A DNA stretch of 40,817 bases, taken from Reclinomonas americana ATCC 50394 (Eukaryota). Under the pieces are notes generated by a model that saw only the letters and a list, made by a program, of their open reading frames with translations, was not told the DNA's origin and made no database searches. Both the position numbers and the translations under genes were made by a program. Positions 23,480-36,482 of the stretch are shown here, piece by piece. The stretch's first letter is position 1; each line of letters starts with the position of its first letter. The stretch is from positions 136,053 to 176,869 of the forward strand of contig PS015092.1 in NCBI GenBank assembly GCA_048213135.1. Direction: 5' to 3'.

Positions 23480-26400
23480 GCCCAAGGAGAGTCATCAGCG
23501 GCTCCCCGCAACCAGGGTTGCCGGCGACACCGCTCGCCATGCCGGACGGTGCGCTGGGCGGACCGCTGGCAGCCGCTGCGTTGACGTCGCCGCGATTGCT
23601 GCGCCCGCCCGTCTCCGCTGTCAATGGCAAGTCGCCGGCGCCGTCACCGCTGGAGAGTCCTCGTGCCCCTCCACAACCACCACCACCTCCACCTCCGCTG
23701 CAGTTGCAATCACCGCTGCAGGCGGCGGCGCAATCTCCATCATTACCGCCACCAACACAGGCGCAATCGAGACGAGATCTGCACTCGCACTTGCGGCAGA
23801 AGCAGCAGCAGGCGTTGATGTCGGACGATGACGACTTGATAGCACCGCCCAGCGGCGATGGTTCCGGGCCGGCGCATGTACCACCTCCACAACCACCTCC
23901 AACACTATCAATTGGCTCCGCCCAGTACCCACAGCAGCAAATCCAGCAGCAGCAACAACATCACCAACCACAACAACACCAACAGCAGCAGCAGCAGCAG
24001 TTGCAGCAGCAACAACAGCAACACCACCAACACCAGCACCAGCATCACCAGTCGACGTTGCAGCCATCGTCTGATTCCAGTGCGCCTCCGACACTGGGAC
24101 CCGTTCGCGTGGGTTCACGAACTCCTGCCGCCGCCAAGTCGACGCCGAGTTTCGTTGCCTTGCTTGATTTTCACATTCCTCACCATTGATACCGACCGAC
24201 GTGATGCAGCGCTCGCGGCTCCTTCACCACCTGGTTCGGGGAGGAAACCGGTGCTTGGCGGCGGCAGCAGCACGGCCAGTGGCAATGGTTCATCCGCGTC
24301 TCACTCATCGCAACCGTCGTCGTCGTCGTCGTCATCATCTTCATCTTCTTCCACAGCCACAAGCACCACCACCACCACCACTACCACAGCGACGTCAACT
24401 ACCACAGCAGCAGCATCCTCGGCAGCAAGCAAATCATCCTCGTCGTCGGCGTCGACGGCAACTGCTGCTGCTGCTGCTGCCGCGTCCAACGGCTCTGCAG
24501 CTTCGCCTCCCAAGTTGCGACACATCCTTCCCTTCTCGTTTCCTGTGCTTGTGCTGACGGCAAACTGCTGCAGGAAAAAGACAACCAAGTCTTCTTCCAG
24601 TAAGCCGCCAGCGACGCCTGCTTCGTCATCGTCGTCAACCACGACAACCACCACCACAGCCACCGGGTCATCGGCGTCGTCGTCGTCGACAACGACGACG
24701 ACTACCACAGCTGGTGGAGCCGCAGGAGAATCAGGAGAGCATCCACCGTCAGAAAAGCCAAAGAGTTGAGCTTCTCTCTCTCTATTGCTGCTCGTTTCTA
24801 GTCATCATCTTAGGTGCTAACCTGCGATATATTGTTGCAGCGAAATCGAAAAAGAATTCACAAAAGGCAGCCGCAGCCGCAGCAGCAGCAGCCGCAGCCG
24901 CAGCGGCGGCAGCTGGTGGAAGTGGTGGCGCGGCTGCTGGAGGAGGGTCACCAGGTGCTGCGAATAGTGATGCTGGTTCGCCTCCAGGTCCACTGCCAGT
25001 TAAGAAGAAGAAAAAGAAGAAGGTACGCACGGTATGGCTTGTGTAGTCTGCAAATCTTTCTGTGCTGACACGCGCATCGGCAACAGACCTCTGTCCAACC
25101 CTTCAAATTCGCGACCGAAGTCCGTGCCGTGCGCAAACCGCGCTCCAAGAGGTCTCACCTCGCCGACGCGTGTGTCTGTTTCTCCGAGTCTCTCAATCTG
25201 CCGTGTGCACACTTTGCAGGAAAGCCAAGGCGGCGGCCGCGAGCGCTGCTGCTGCCGCCGCTGCCGCAGCAGCAGCCGCGGCTGGTTCCGGAGATGGGGA
25301 TGCCGGTTCACTCAATGCCAGCGACTACAGTGACACAACGAATTCTACGTTGTCGTCTGGTTTCTCACCGGCGTCGCCTCCGTCGACAGTGGATGGTGAG
25401 TGGGTGGTGAGGAACAGAGGGCGAAGAGAGTGGTGGGAGAGGAACAGCAGTGTGTGGTTGAAGGAAGGACTAATGTTTGATTTTCGATTGTGCGCAGGCT
25501 CCCGGGACCATGCTGGAGATGTGCGTTTAATCATCGCAGAAGCAGTCGATCTCCGCGTGGTTTCTTCTGTGTGTATCATTCTGTTCAGTGATGCATCGAT
25601 TCATCCTTTCGCTGTCTCTCCCTCTCTTCCTCTCTCTCTCTCTCTCTCTGTCTGTCTGTCTGTCTCTCGCACGCAGAGTCTCTTCCCTGTCGCACAGCGT
25701 GTTCTCTCCTGCTTGCTTCTCTCTACTGCTTGCTCGTCTCCCTGTTTCTGTCTCTCTCTCCCTCTCTCCGTCTCCCTCCGTCTGTCTGTCTCTCGCACGC
25801 AGAGTCTCTTCCCTGCGTGCTGTCACTCAGCGTGTTCTCTCCTGCTTGCTTCTCTCTCTGCCTCTCTCGTGCTTGCTTCTCTCTCTCGTCGTGTCTATCG
25901 CCTCACTTGGCTGCTCGGCAGGCCAAATTACCGCCCGGAGGTCAGGAGCGCGCTGGTCTAGCATCCAGTGTGCAGTATCCATCTTCGTTGCGTCGAATCC
26001 ACCACCATCTGTACCTCAGTTCTCCCCACTGACATTGCCATTCTTGCATTGCAGGAGACTGTACTCTCCCGATGTCCGCCAGCGGGGTGGTACGCCAGTC
26101 GCTTGCTCTGCCAGTTCTCCCTCTCTTTCTATTACCCACACACGTACACACTGCGCTTACAGACACTAGTCGGATTGTGGACACGCAAGGGGCGTCGGCG
26201 GCTGCCGCACAACGACGATTCGGTCTGCGCCATTTCCAGAATGTGATGAAACCGAATGGAGGCGCGAATGATCCGTCATCCTCCCCGTACGCCAGCAGCA
26301 CACCAGTGCCCGACGGCTTGTTGCCACTCAACGGTGGTGCTGGTGGTGTCGGAGGCGGAATGGGAGCGAGTGGTGCGGGAGGCGGTGTCGGTGGTGTCGG

Positions 26401-27872
26401 TGGTGCCGGCATGAATGGTAATGGTGGCGTGGAAAATGGTCACATGTCACCGGCGCCTCCTCCACCTGGCTTGATGGCATCGCGTGCACGGAGCATGGCG
26501 TATGGAATCCCTGGTGCGTGTGTGTGTGTCATTGGTTGATGAAAGAGTCGATTGAGATGGCTCATTTGTTTTATTGTTTGTCGTTTGTGTGCTTGTGCGC
26601 AGCACCCGACATGACTGGCAAGCCGAGCACTCCGGGTGTCAGTGGACCGCCGACGGCGCTGGTTGGTTCGCGGACAATAGGATCGCGAGGACGCGGTCAG
26701 CCGGAGCCTCCACAGGTTCCAGCACCCGCCGTGCCGCTGCCGTCTGTGGGTGAGTTTGACAGAGAGATATGTGTCGTGTAAGTTGCTTTGTTTGCTGATC
26801 CTCCCGTTAGCTGACGACGATCCAAACTGGTGGTTGTCGTGCGACTCGAACACGCTGGTGGAGATTGTGCACATTCCGAGTGATGAGTCGGTGCCCATTT
26901 GTGAGCACACGACGACAACACTGCGGCACATTAGCGATTTGCAGGTGGCGTATTTCACAACATGCTTTCCGCTGTACATGTCATGCCCACCATGTGTGTG
27001 AATGCACTTGCGGTACAGGGTCTGATTGGCGGCAAGTTCCAGTGTCGCGCGTGGCTGCCAAACTCACGCGAGAACAAGGATGATCGGCGCATGCTGTGTA
27101 CGGCGGCGGTGACGGCCAATCTGATGGAGAATCATCGAATCAAGAGGTAAAATAGCGGGGAAGTGGGAGACAGTGAGAGGATCCGAGAGATGTCGTACCA
27201 CCACCACTTTTACCATTGTCACTGATTCCTATGATGATGCATCCACAGATTTTTGCCGGCATTTCGTGCCAAGGGCGATGCAGTCATTGTGCGGTACCGC
27301 GTGAACCCGAGTGTGGGCCAGTATCAATTGTTGCCGCTCTCGTATGAGACGTTCCAGAACGATCTTGGCTACAGTTGCGGGCGTTGTATTTTGTATGTCG
27401 TCGGAGTGGTCGACTAACACGTACCGCTGCTGTTGCAGTGAATCACCACTACGGTGGCATCAACTCGTTTGATTGGTCATCGAACAAGCCGCGGCCGCCA
27501 CCACCCTCCGCCATCGGTTCGCGAGGAGCCACCAGGAGACCCATGGTAGCCTCGTCGCCATCGTCATCATCGTCCACAGCGACTGGTGTCGGTGGCGTCG
27601 GCTCACCCTCGGGATCTCATTTGATGGGTGGCGGTGGCGGTGGCGGCATCAACGGGGCCACTGTGACGACACCCACCTCGGCGGCGGTGGCTGCGGCCGT
27701 GGCCGGTGGGGCTGGTGGGAGTGTCACATCGCCGTCGAGTGTTGCCACACTGCTGACGAGTCTGACGGGTGGTGGAGGCGGTGGTGGCAGCAACGGTGGT
27801 GGCGTCGGGTCGCCGCAGGGAGTGATGATGCGGAGACCGCTGATGGATGCGCGATCGGCCACACGTTACTGA
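23480..27872 (+). CDS. Large low-complexity (Pro/Gln/Ser/Ala, poly-Lys NLS-like) protein with a small C-terminal globular domain; 5' end missing
   Basis: About 13 exons join in frame using GT-AG introns (donors include 24149, 24514, 24765, 25987, 26945 and 27374). The globular segment reads WWLSCDSNTLVEIVHIP...TLRHISDLQGLIGGKFQ...KGDAVIVRY. The stop is at 27872. Confidence 0.7.
25649..25860 (+). repeat. Intronic two-copy direct repeat
   Basis: tctgtctgtctctcgcacgcagagtctcttccctg...cagcgtgttctctcctgcttgcttctctct occurs at ~25655 and ~25781. Confidence 0.8.
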
Positions 27873-28220
27873 TGGGAGTGAGTGGAAGAGAAGTGGGTGG
27901 AGAAGAGGTCTTTTTGTGTGTCAACTTGATGTTGTGTGTTTAGTAGTGTGTTTCCAGTTTTTGCGAGGTTCGATGTGCAGCTGGGCGCGGAGTGATTTGA
28001 GGAAGTCCTCCTGCGCGGAAGCAGTCGAGCTGGCTAGAAGGGTTTTGTTCTTCTTTTCTTTTTCAAGGCATGTTTAACGAGTATTATCTGTCGCAGCATT
28101 GGCATAAAACTTGTGATGCGGCATGTAACACTTTCGCAGAGCAGATCACAGCCATACATTGTTGGCACAGCCAAGGTGGAGTGATGCTAAAGGGGATCAA
28201 AAAATAGGAAGGGACGCTGC

Positions 28221-30486
28221 TTAGCACACCGAAGCGCAGCCGCTCAACAGACCCGTCGTGGTGTCGAACACGGCCACATTCTGACCCGCAGTCGGGCACA
28301 AGATGGAGTCGGCGCGGCACTCGCAGTGCAGGCCAGAGTTGCCCTGCAGGCACTGGCACTGGCCCGACACACACCGGCCACCGTCGATCAGTCCACCGTT
28401 GCCGGCATGAGCGCCGAGCGACTGAGCCAGGCAGTCATTGTCGACATTGCAGAAGTTGTTGGGCGGCACGCTGCAGTCGGACCCAGAGAAGCCGTTCGAG
28501 CACACGCACGTGCCGCTGGCGTTGCAGGAGCCGTGGCCAGAGCAGGTGGTGGCCGCCTACAGTGAATGAAACGAGAAGAAGAATCAGTGACAACAAACAA
28601 AGACAAGTCGAACTCTGCATCTTCCCAAAACTCACCGTGCACGACACCGAGCAGTTGGCAGTGTAGAAGTCGGCGTTGCACACGCAGGCACCGCTGGCGT
28701 TGCACGAGCCGTTGCCGCTGCAGGTCATGGCCGGGTCGCAGAACACGTCGCAGCCCGCGCCGTAGTAGTTGGCAGCGCAAGTGTTGCAGCTGGCACCAGT
28801 GAAGTTGCCAGTGCACACGCAGGCACCGCTCGAGTCGCACGAGCCGTGACCGCTGCAGGTAGTGGCGGCATCGCAGAACACGTCGCAGCCGGCACCGAAG
28901 TAGTTGGCAGCGCAAGTGTTGCAGCTGGCACCGGCAAAGTGGCCGGAGCACACGCAGGCACCGCTGCTGTTGCACGAGCCGTGGCCGCTGCAGGTGGTGG
29001 CGGCATCGCAGAACACGTCGCAACCAGCACCGTAGTAGTTGGCAGTGCAGGTGTTGCAGCTGGCACCAGTGAAGTTACCAGTGCACACGCAAGCACCGTT
29101 CGAGTCGCAAGTGCCGTGACCGCTGCAGGTGGTGGCAGCGTCGCAGAACACGTCGCAGCCGGCGCCGAAGTAGTTAGCCGCGCAGGCGTTGCAGCTGGCA
29201 CCGGCAAAGTGGCCAGAGCACACGCAAGCACCGCTGCTGTTGCACGAGCCGTGGCCGCTGCAGGTGGTGGCAGCGCTGCAGAACACGTCGCAGCCGGCAC
29301 CGTAGTAGTTGGCAGTGCAGGTGTTGCAGCTGGCACCAGTGAAGTTGCCAGTGCACACGCAGGCGCCACTGCCGTTGCAGGTACCGTGGCCGTTGCAGGT
29401 GGTGGCAGCCTGTTGTTTGCACAGTGGTGAGCAGCAGTGGCGAAGACGAGTGAGTGGTGGGAAGTACGTATACAGCAGACGAACCGAGCACAGAGTCTTG
29501 CAGTCAGAGCCATAGAAGCCGGCGTTGCAGACGCAGGCACCCGCCGCGTTGCAGCTGCCGTGGTCGTTGCAGGTGACGTGCGGGTGGCTGCCGGAGGAAG
29601 ACAAGTGAGTGAGTGAGAGGGAGGGAGGGAGCTCGAGGGAGGAGGAGGAGGAGGAACAGAGCGAGAAGAAGTACAAGGAGGAGGATGTGGTGGTAGTGTT
29701 GACGGTGGTGGTGGAAGAGGAGCAAAGCAAGAAAGATAAATAGTAGAACAAGCATGGGGAAACCGAAGAAACTGAACACAGAAGTCGTGTGACTGACGAC
29801 AGACTGCCTCTCTCATGCTCCGCATAAGTCTCTGTGCCTCAGCAGTGACAATAGCACGCGTTGTTGTCTCTCTCTTCCTTGTCAGCAAGTCGCGACAATT
29901 GCAAAAGATGCGAAGAGAAAACTGAAGCCAGAGCCTCAAAGGCGTGTGTGGTTCAACTGTTGGTATTCCAGAGGACAGGAGAGTATTGCTTCAAAAGCAG
30001 TGCTGGTGTGTCTGTCTGTGTGTGTGTGTGTGGCCGTGGACGGACCTCGCTGCCATAAAAACAGGAGAAACCGAACACACACCACTCACCAAGTGCAGAA
30101 CGGGCCGGCCCACACAGCGCACACGTTGTTGTTGCCGCCGAGGTTGTAGCAGTTCTGTATAGAGGTGGGGGAAGGACAGTGATGAGTTGTGCGTGACAGA
30201 CAGACAAAGATGCGCAGATTCGATGCGACTCGGAAAAATGAAATGGGCGACGACTCACGTTGTAGCACTCGCAGACATGGCTGGAGTTGCAGAAGCCCTG
30301 TAAAAGAAGCAGAGGAAGGGAGATGGACGAACATACGACGGTGAGTTCGATTGCGTCACGGCACAGACACGTGGACCACGCAACGTTGGGGTTGCATTGG
30401 CCTCCTGCGTTGGTGCATGCACCGCCGCCAGCGTACGCCGCAGCGACGAGGGTGAGGAAGATTGCGGAGATGGCGAGGAACTTCAT
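28221..30486 (-). CDS. Secreted Cys-rich laminin-EGF/EGF repeat protein, paralogue A
   Basis: The signal peptide is MKFLAISAIFLTLVAAAYA, followed by small Cys-rich exons. One exon carries about five 45-aa, 8-Cys repeats (DAATTCSGHGSCNSSGACVCSGHFAGASCNTCAANYFGAGCDVFC) plus a 6-Cys EGF. The Cys-rich C-terminal domain ends GCASVC*. Confidence 0.85.
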
Positions 30487-31016
30487 GGGAGGTTGTCAGC
30501 GCTCTCGGGACGATTGAGAAGTAAAGCGTGAATCGAACAACGACAAGATCCCCAGGGCTCGCGCGTCAATAGCCATTCTGGGCACAATCCAAAAAAGTGC
30601 ACGATCGCAGAATGTCACCAGAACTAATTTAGAATGTAGTAGGAGTCTGTGCCGTGAACACACACACTGGCGTGTGATTCCCGACACTGAGGAACACGCA
30701 CGATGTCGATCGGTAAACGTGTGTTCGAATTCACTGCGTGTGTGTAGTGCTGTGCGTCGGAGCGCACGCTGCGAGTGTGATTTCTCTCGCAGCGATTGGT
30801 TGCGCATTGGGCACGTAAGACTAAATCGAACTCAAATCATCAGGCGACGACGACAAGTGCAAGCGAGGCAGGCGCAGGAGCACGCCGCACCACAACACAT
30901 CGTACAATATTAGTACGCGCAGATAACACAGACACGGTCTCTGGCAAAACAACAGCCTCGCAGAAGGGGATCAAAAAGAGAAAAAGGAGGTGGTACCGCA
31001 GTGCGACGCACGCTGC

Positions 31017-34000
31017 TTAGCACACCGAAGCGCAGCCGCTCAACGCACCCGTCGAGGTGTTGAACACGGCCACGTTGAGACCCGCAGTCGGGCACAGGAT
31101 GGAGTCGGCGCGGCACTCGCAGTGGAGGCCAGAGTTGCCCTGCAGGCACTGGCACTGGCCCGACACACACCGGCCACCGTCGATCAGTCCACCGTTGCCG
31201 GAACGAGCGCCGAGCGACTGCGCCAGGCAGTCATTGTCAACAGTGCAAAAGTTGACAGGCGGCACGCTGCAGTCGGAGCCCGAGAAGCCATTCGAGCACG
31301 CACAGGTGCCGCTGCCGTTGCAGGAGCCGTGGCCCGAGCAGGTGGTGGCGGCCTGCGAGGCGCGAACAAGGAGTGAGTCCATCAAGGAAACAGAGATGCA
31401 TTTGCATTTGTACTCGAACATACCGAGCACGACACCGAGCAGTCAGAAGTAAAGAAACCAGCGTTGCAGGCGCAGTGGCCAGTGACATCACACGATCCGT
31501 TGCCGGAGCACGTCACGGCCGGGTCGCAGAACACGTCGCAGCCAGCGCCAATATAGTAGTTGGGGGCACAAGTGTTGCAGCTGGGACCGGTGGTGTTGCC
31601 AGTGCACACGCAAGCACCAGTGGCGTCGCATGTGCCGTTGCCACTGCAGGTTGTCGCAGCACTGCAGAACGCATCGCAGGCAGGGCCAAAGTAGTCGGCG
31701 GCACACGAGGAGCAGTCGGCACCGCCAAAGTGACCAGTGCAGGAGCACTGACCACTGGAGTTGCACGAGCCGTTGCCGGAGCATGTGGTGGCGGCCTGAA
31801 GGAGTGTTGGATGAGTGGTCACTGCACTGCACAGTCAGCGCGAACACTCTATCGCTTGCGCACCGTGCACGACACCGAGCAGTCAGCAGTGTAGAAGTCA
31901 GGATCGCAGTCGCAAGTGCCACTGGCATTGCACGAGCCGTTGGCGCTGCATGTCTTGCTGTCGCAGAACACGTCGCAGTTGGCACCGTAGAAATCGCTCG
32001 CGCACGAGTTGCAGTCGGCACCAGTAAAGTTACCAGTGCACACGCACGCACCGCTCGAGTCGCACGTGCCGTGGCCACTGCAGGTGGTGGCGGCCGTGCA
32101 GAGCACGTCGCACGCAGCGCCAAAGTAGTCGGCGGCACACGAGGAGCAGTCGGCACCGGCAAAGTGGCCAGAGCACACGCAGGTGCCGCTGGCGTTGCAG
32201 GAGCCGTTGCCGGAGCACGTGGTGGCGGCCTAATACCACGGTGGGAGAGAGAGAGAGGTGATAAGTACAGTAACGATATCGAGGTGCTGCACCACGCAGC
32301 GCACGCAGTTTGTCCGAACCGTGCACGACACCGAGCAGTCAGCCGTGTAGAAGTCGGCGATGCAGTCACAAGTGCCGCTGCTGTTGCAAGAGCCATTGCC
32401 GGAGCACGTCACGGCCGCGTCACAGAAGACGTCGCAACCGGCACCATAATAGTTGGCGGCGCAGGTGTTGCAGCTGGCACCAGTGAAGGTACCCGTGCAC
32501 TCACAAGCACCGCTGTTGTCGCACATGCCGTGGCCACTGCAGGTGGTGGCACCATCGCAGAACACGTCGCAGGCGGCGCCGAAGTAGTTGGTAGCGCATG
32601 AGGTGCAGTCGGCACCGGCAAAGTGACCAGAGCACACGCAGGCGCCACTCGAGTCGCACGAGCCATTGCCGGAGCACGTCACAGCCGCGTCGCAGAACAC
32701 ATTGCAACCGGCACCGTAGTAATTGGCAGTGCAGGTGTTGCAGCTGGCACCAGTGAAGTTGCCAGGACACACGCAAGCACCACTGTTGTCGCACATGCCG
32801 TGGCCACTGCAGGTGGTGGCGCCATCGCAGAACACGTCGCAGCCGGTGCCGTAGTAGTTGGTAGCGCAGGTGTTGCAGCTGGCACCGGCAAAGTGACCAG
32901 AGCACACGCAGGCGCCAGCGGCATCGCACGAGCCATTGCCGTTGCAGGTGGTGGCGGCATCGCAGAACACGTCGCAGCCGGCGCCGTAATAGTTGGTGGC
33001 GCAGGTGTTGCAGTTGGCACCAGTGAAGTTACCAGTGCACACGCAGGCACCGCTCGAGTCGCACGAGCCGTGACCACTGCAGGTGGTGGCAGCGTCGCAG
33101 AACACGTCGCAGGCGGCGCCGAAGTAGTTAGCCGCGCAGGTGTTGCAGCTGGCACCGGCAAAGTGGCCAGAGCACACGCAGGCACCGCTGCTGTTGCACG
33201 AGCCGTGGCCGCTGCAGGTGGTGGCGGCATCGCAGAAGACGTCGCAACCAGCACCGTAGTAGTTGGCAGTGCAGGTGTTGCAGCTGGCACCAGTGAAGTT
33301 GCCAGTGCACACGCAGGCGCCGCTGCCGTTGCAGGTGCCGTTGCCGTTGCAGGTGGTGGCGGCCTGTTGTTTGCGGAGTGGTGAGCTCGAGCAGCAGTGG
33401 CGAAGAAGAGTGGTGGGAGGAAGAACACAGCAGACGAACCGAGCATGCCACCGAGCACGAGGCGCCATAGAAGCCGGCGTTGCAAACGCACGCACCCGCC
33501 GTGTTGCAGCTGCCGTGGTCGTTGCAGGAGACGTGCGGGTGGCTGCCGGAGGAAGACAAGTGAGTGGGAGTGAAAGTGGTGGCGAAAACAGCGTGGTCTG
33601 TGCAAAGGAGCATGTGCGACAGGGAGAAGAGCTGGCACGGGGCCACACAGCAAGATACAGATAGCTGGTGCGAAGACCTTCTCGCAATCAAACAAAATCG
33701 GAAAAACTCGAACACGCAGCATCGTTTGGCGAACAAGCACTTCCTTCTCTTTTGCCACTCACTCACCATGTGCAGTACGGGCCGGCCCACTGAGCGCACA
33801 CGTTGTTGTTGCCGCCGAGGTTGAAGCAGTTCTGTGCGCATGCGGCGGCATGTGTGAGTGGTGAAGAAAGCAACCACTGCGTGTTCGGAAAAATGATGAC
33901 ACTCACGTTGTGGCACTCGCAGACGTTGCTGGAGTTGCAGAAGCCCTGCACGCACAAAGACGATGATCATGAGCAAGCCTGCCACACAGAGAGACTGCGG

Positions 34001-34111
34001 CCACGCAACGTTCGGGTTGCATTGCCCTCCTGCGTTGGTACACACGCCACCACCGGCGTGCGCCACGGCAGCGAGGGTGAGGAAAACAGCGGCGATGGCA
34101 AGGAACTTCAT
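31017..34111 (-). CDS. Secreted Cys-rich laminin-EGF/EGF repeat protein, paralogue B (longest)
   Basis: It starts MKFLAIAAVFLTLAAVAHA and has the same exon layout as A, but with three repeat exons (about 7+2+2 of the 45-aa units). It has the same C-terminal domain ending GCASVC*. Confidence 0.85.
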
Positions 34112-34615
34112 GATCGTTCTCTTAGTTGGATGGTCTTTGCTCACAAACGACGACAGAAAGAAACTTGAGAATTACTCCGACGCACTGCGGCTCCCAGCAG
34201 TTCGTGATCACCACCTCCCAACCGACAGTCGGCGGAATAGCGCATGTCGCATCAAAGATCTTTGTGACGGGTGGTGGCGTGTGCGCATGGGCAGGACGTG
34301 TAGCGTGGAAGTGACTCGCAATGCGCACGCTTCGGTCCAATGCACGTCCGATTACGCATCAACACTAAATGCTCGTCCGGCATGTCAGAGCGCAAGCTGA
34401 AGTTGCGCAAAAGGTGAATTCGATCGAACTCACGACAGACGACAGCGACAAGTGCAAGCGAGGCAGGCGCAGAAACGCGCCGCACCATACCACATCGTAC
34501 AATATTAGTACGCGCAGATGACACAGACACACGTTCTCTTGCAACACAACAGCCTCGCAGAAGGGGATCAAAAAATGGAAAGGTAATGCCGACGTNNNNN
34601 NNNNNNNNNNNNNNN

Positions 34616-35756
34616 AGCCGTTACCGGAGCATGTCACAGCCGCGTCGCAGAACACGTCACAGCCGGCACCGTAGTAGTTGGCTGTGCAGGTGTTGCAGCT
34701 GGCACCAGTGAAGTTACCAGTGCACACGCAGGCACCAGCGGCATCGCACGAGCCGTTGCCACTGCAGGTGGTGGCGGCATTGCAGAACACGTCGCAGGCA
34801 GCGCCAAAGTAGTCGGCCGCGCATGAGGTGCAGTCAGCACCGGCAAAGTTGCCAGAGCACACGCAGGCACCAGCGGCATCGCACGAGCCGTTGCCGGAGC
34901 ATGTCACAGCCGCGTCGCAGAACACGTCACAGCCGGCACCGTGGTAGTTGGCCGTGCAGGTGTTGCAGCTGGCACCAGTGAAGTTGCCAGTGCACACGCA
35001 AGCACCGTTCGAGTCGCAAGTGCCGTGGCCGTTGCAGGTGGTGGCAGCCTGTTGGTTGCAGAGTGGTGAGCAGCAGTGGCGAAGACGAGTGAGTGGTGGG
35101 AAGGACAGCAGACGAACCGAGCACAGAGTCTTGCAGTCAGAACCAAAGTAGCCAGCGTTGCAGACGCAGGCACCCGCCGCGTTGCAGCTGCCGTGGTCGT
35201 TGCAGGAGACGTGCGGGTGGCTGCGAAACGGGTGTGTGTGAGGCGAACAAAAAGTGACTTCTGTGCAAACGAGCAAGCGCGACAGAGCAAAGAAATGGGC
35301 GTGGGGCCACACAGACAGAGGTGGTGCGAAGTCCTTCTTACAGCGGTGCGATCGCGAAATCGGAAAAAATGCAAACAACAGTGAACAAGCATTTCCTTCT
35401 CTTTTGCCACTCACCACGAGCAGAACGGACCAGCCCACTGAGCGCACACGTTGTTGTTGCCGCCGAGGTTGAAGCAGTTCTGTGCGGTTGCGCGTGTGAG
35501 TGGTTTGAAAGCAATGAGGTGTGACGTGTTCGGAAAAATGATGACAAACTCACAAAGTGACACTCGCAGGCACCGCCGTTACAGAAGCCCTGCGCATAGA
35601 GAAACGGTGAGCAAGCCTGCCACAGAGAGAGACGCTTGTGTATGTTCAGGTAACGTTGGGGTTGCATTGGCCTCCTGCGTTGGTGCATGCACCGCCGCCA
35701 GCGTACGCCGCAGCGACGAGAGTGAGGAAGATTGCGGAGATGGCGAGGAACTTCAT
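34616..35756 (-). CDS. Secreted Cys-rich laminin-EGF/EGF repeat protein, paralogue C (3' part lost in gap)
   Basis: It starts MKFLAISAIFLTLVAAAYA with the same exons, and the repeats run into the gap at 34596-34615. The 3' flank at ~34430-34580 matches the paralogue B flank at ~30830-30985. Confidence 0.8.
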
Positions 35757-36482
35757 GAGCTGGTGGTCTTTGCTCACAAACGACGACAGAAAGAAACAAT
35801 AATTACTCCGCAGCGCCTCGCGATCGCATGCGCAGTTCGTGATCATCTCTCCGCAACCGACAGCCGGAAAAACTATGCTGCATCGCACTTTCTTAGGGCA
35901 GAGTGGTGGGCGAATGCTCGTGGGGGTGCCTGGAAACTGACGTGAGCGCCGCGCGCGCACTTCAAGCGCACAGAGGCATGTCCAAGAATCACGATCGATT
36001 GGTCTACAGTGTGTTTACATAAAAAACGCTTTGTAGCTAAAGAGTTATTGAGGCGATACGTTACGGCAGTATGCGCGCTACGTGTACGCACTGCTGCCAT
36101 TCCTTCGAATGATCGTGCGTTCACTGCACAAAAAATGCAGATCTTGATCTTGATCATGACTGCGCGCTGTGTGTACGGTACGTACTGCAACCTCCTTCGG
36201 ACCCAGTGTGTCACGCATGATCGCTTCAGGAACCAGATGCCTGCTAGGCACGAATCTGTGGGCGCCAGCGCAATCGCAAGGACGAATTCGAAGTCGACGT
36301 CATCTGCATGTTGCGTCTGACAGTTTTTGACAGTTTTTGGATATCGCAATCGACTGCCAGTGCCTGCTTTACTGCGCATTACATATCTTCTCTGCGCTCT
36401 GCGTCGTTGCATCACCGCGCGCAACTGAGCATGGACATGCGTGTGAAGTTGTCCCACCACCATTTCCGTCGTCGTCGTCACC

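Noticed and set aside
30715-30740. GTTCGAATTC B-box/T-loop-like motif (also ~9710 on the minus strand)
   Set aside because: I could not build a cloverleaf or find an A-box, so there is no support for a tRNA.
28640-33365. Regular 135-bp repeats as CRISPR or satellite
   Set aside because: They are in-frame coding repeats with synonymous variation and no unique spacers.
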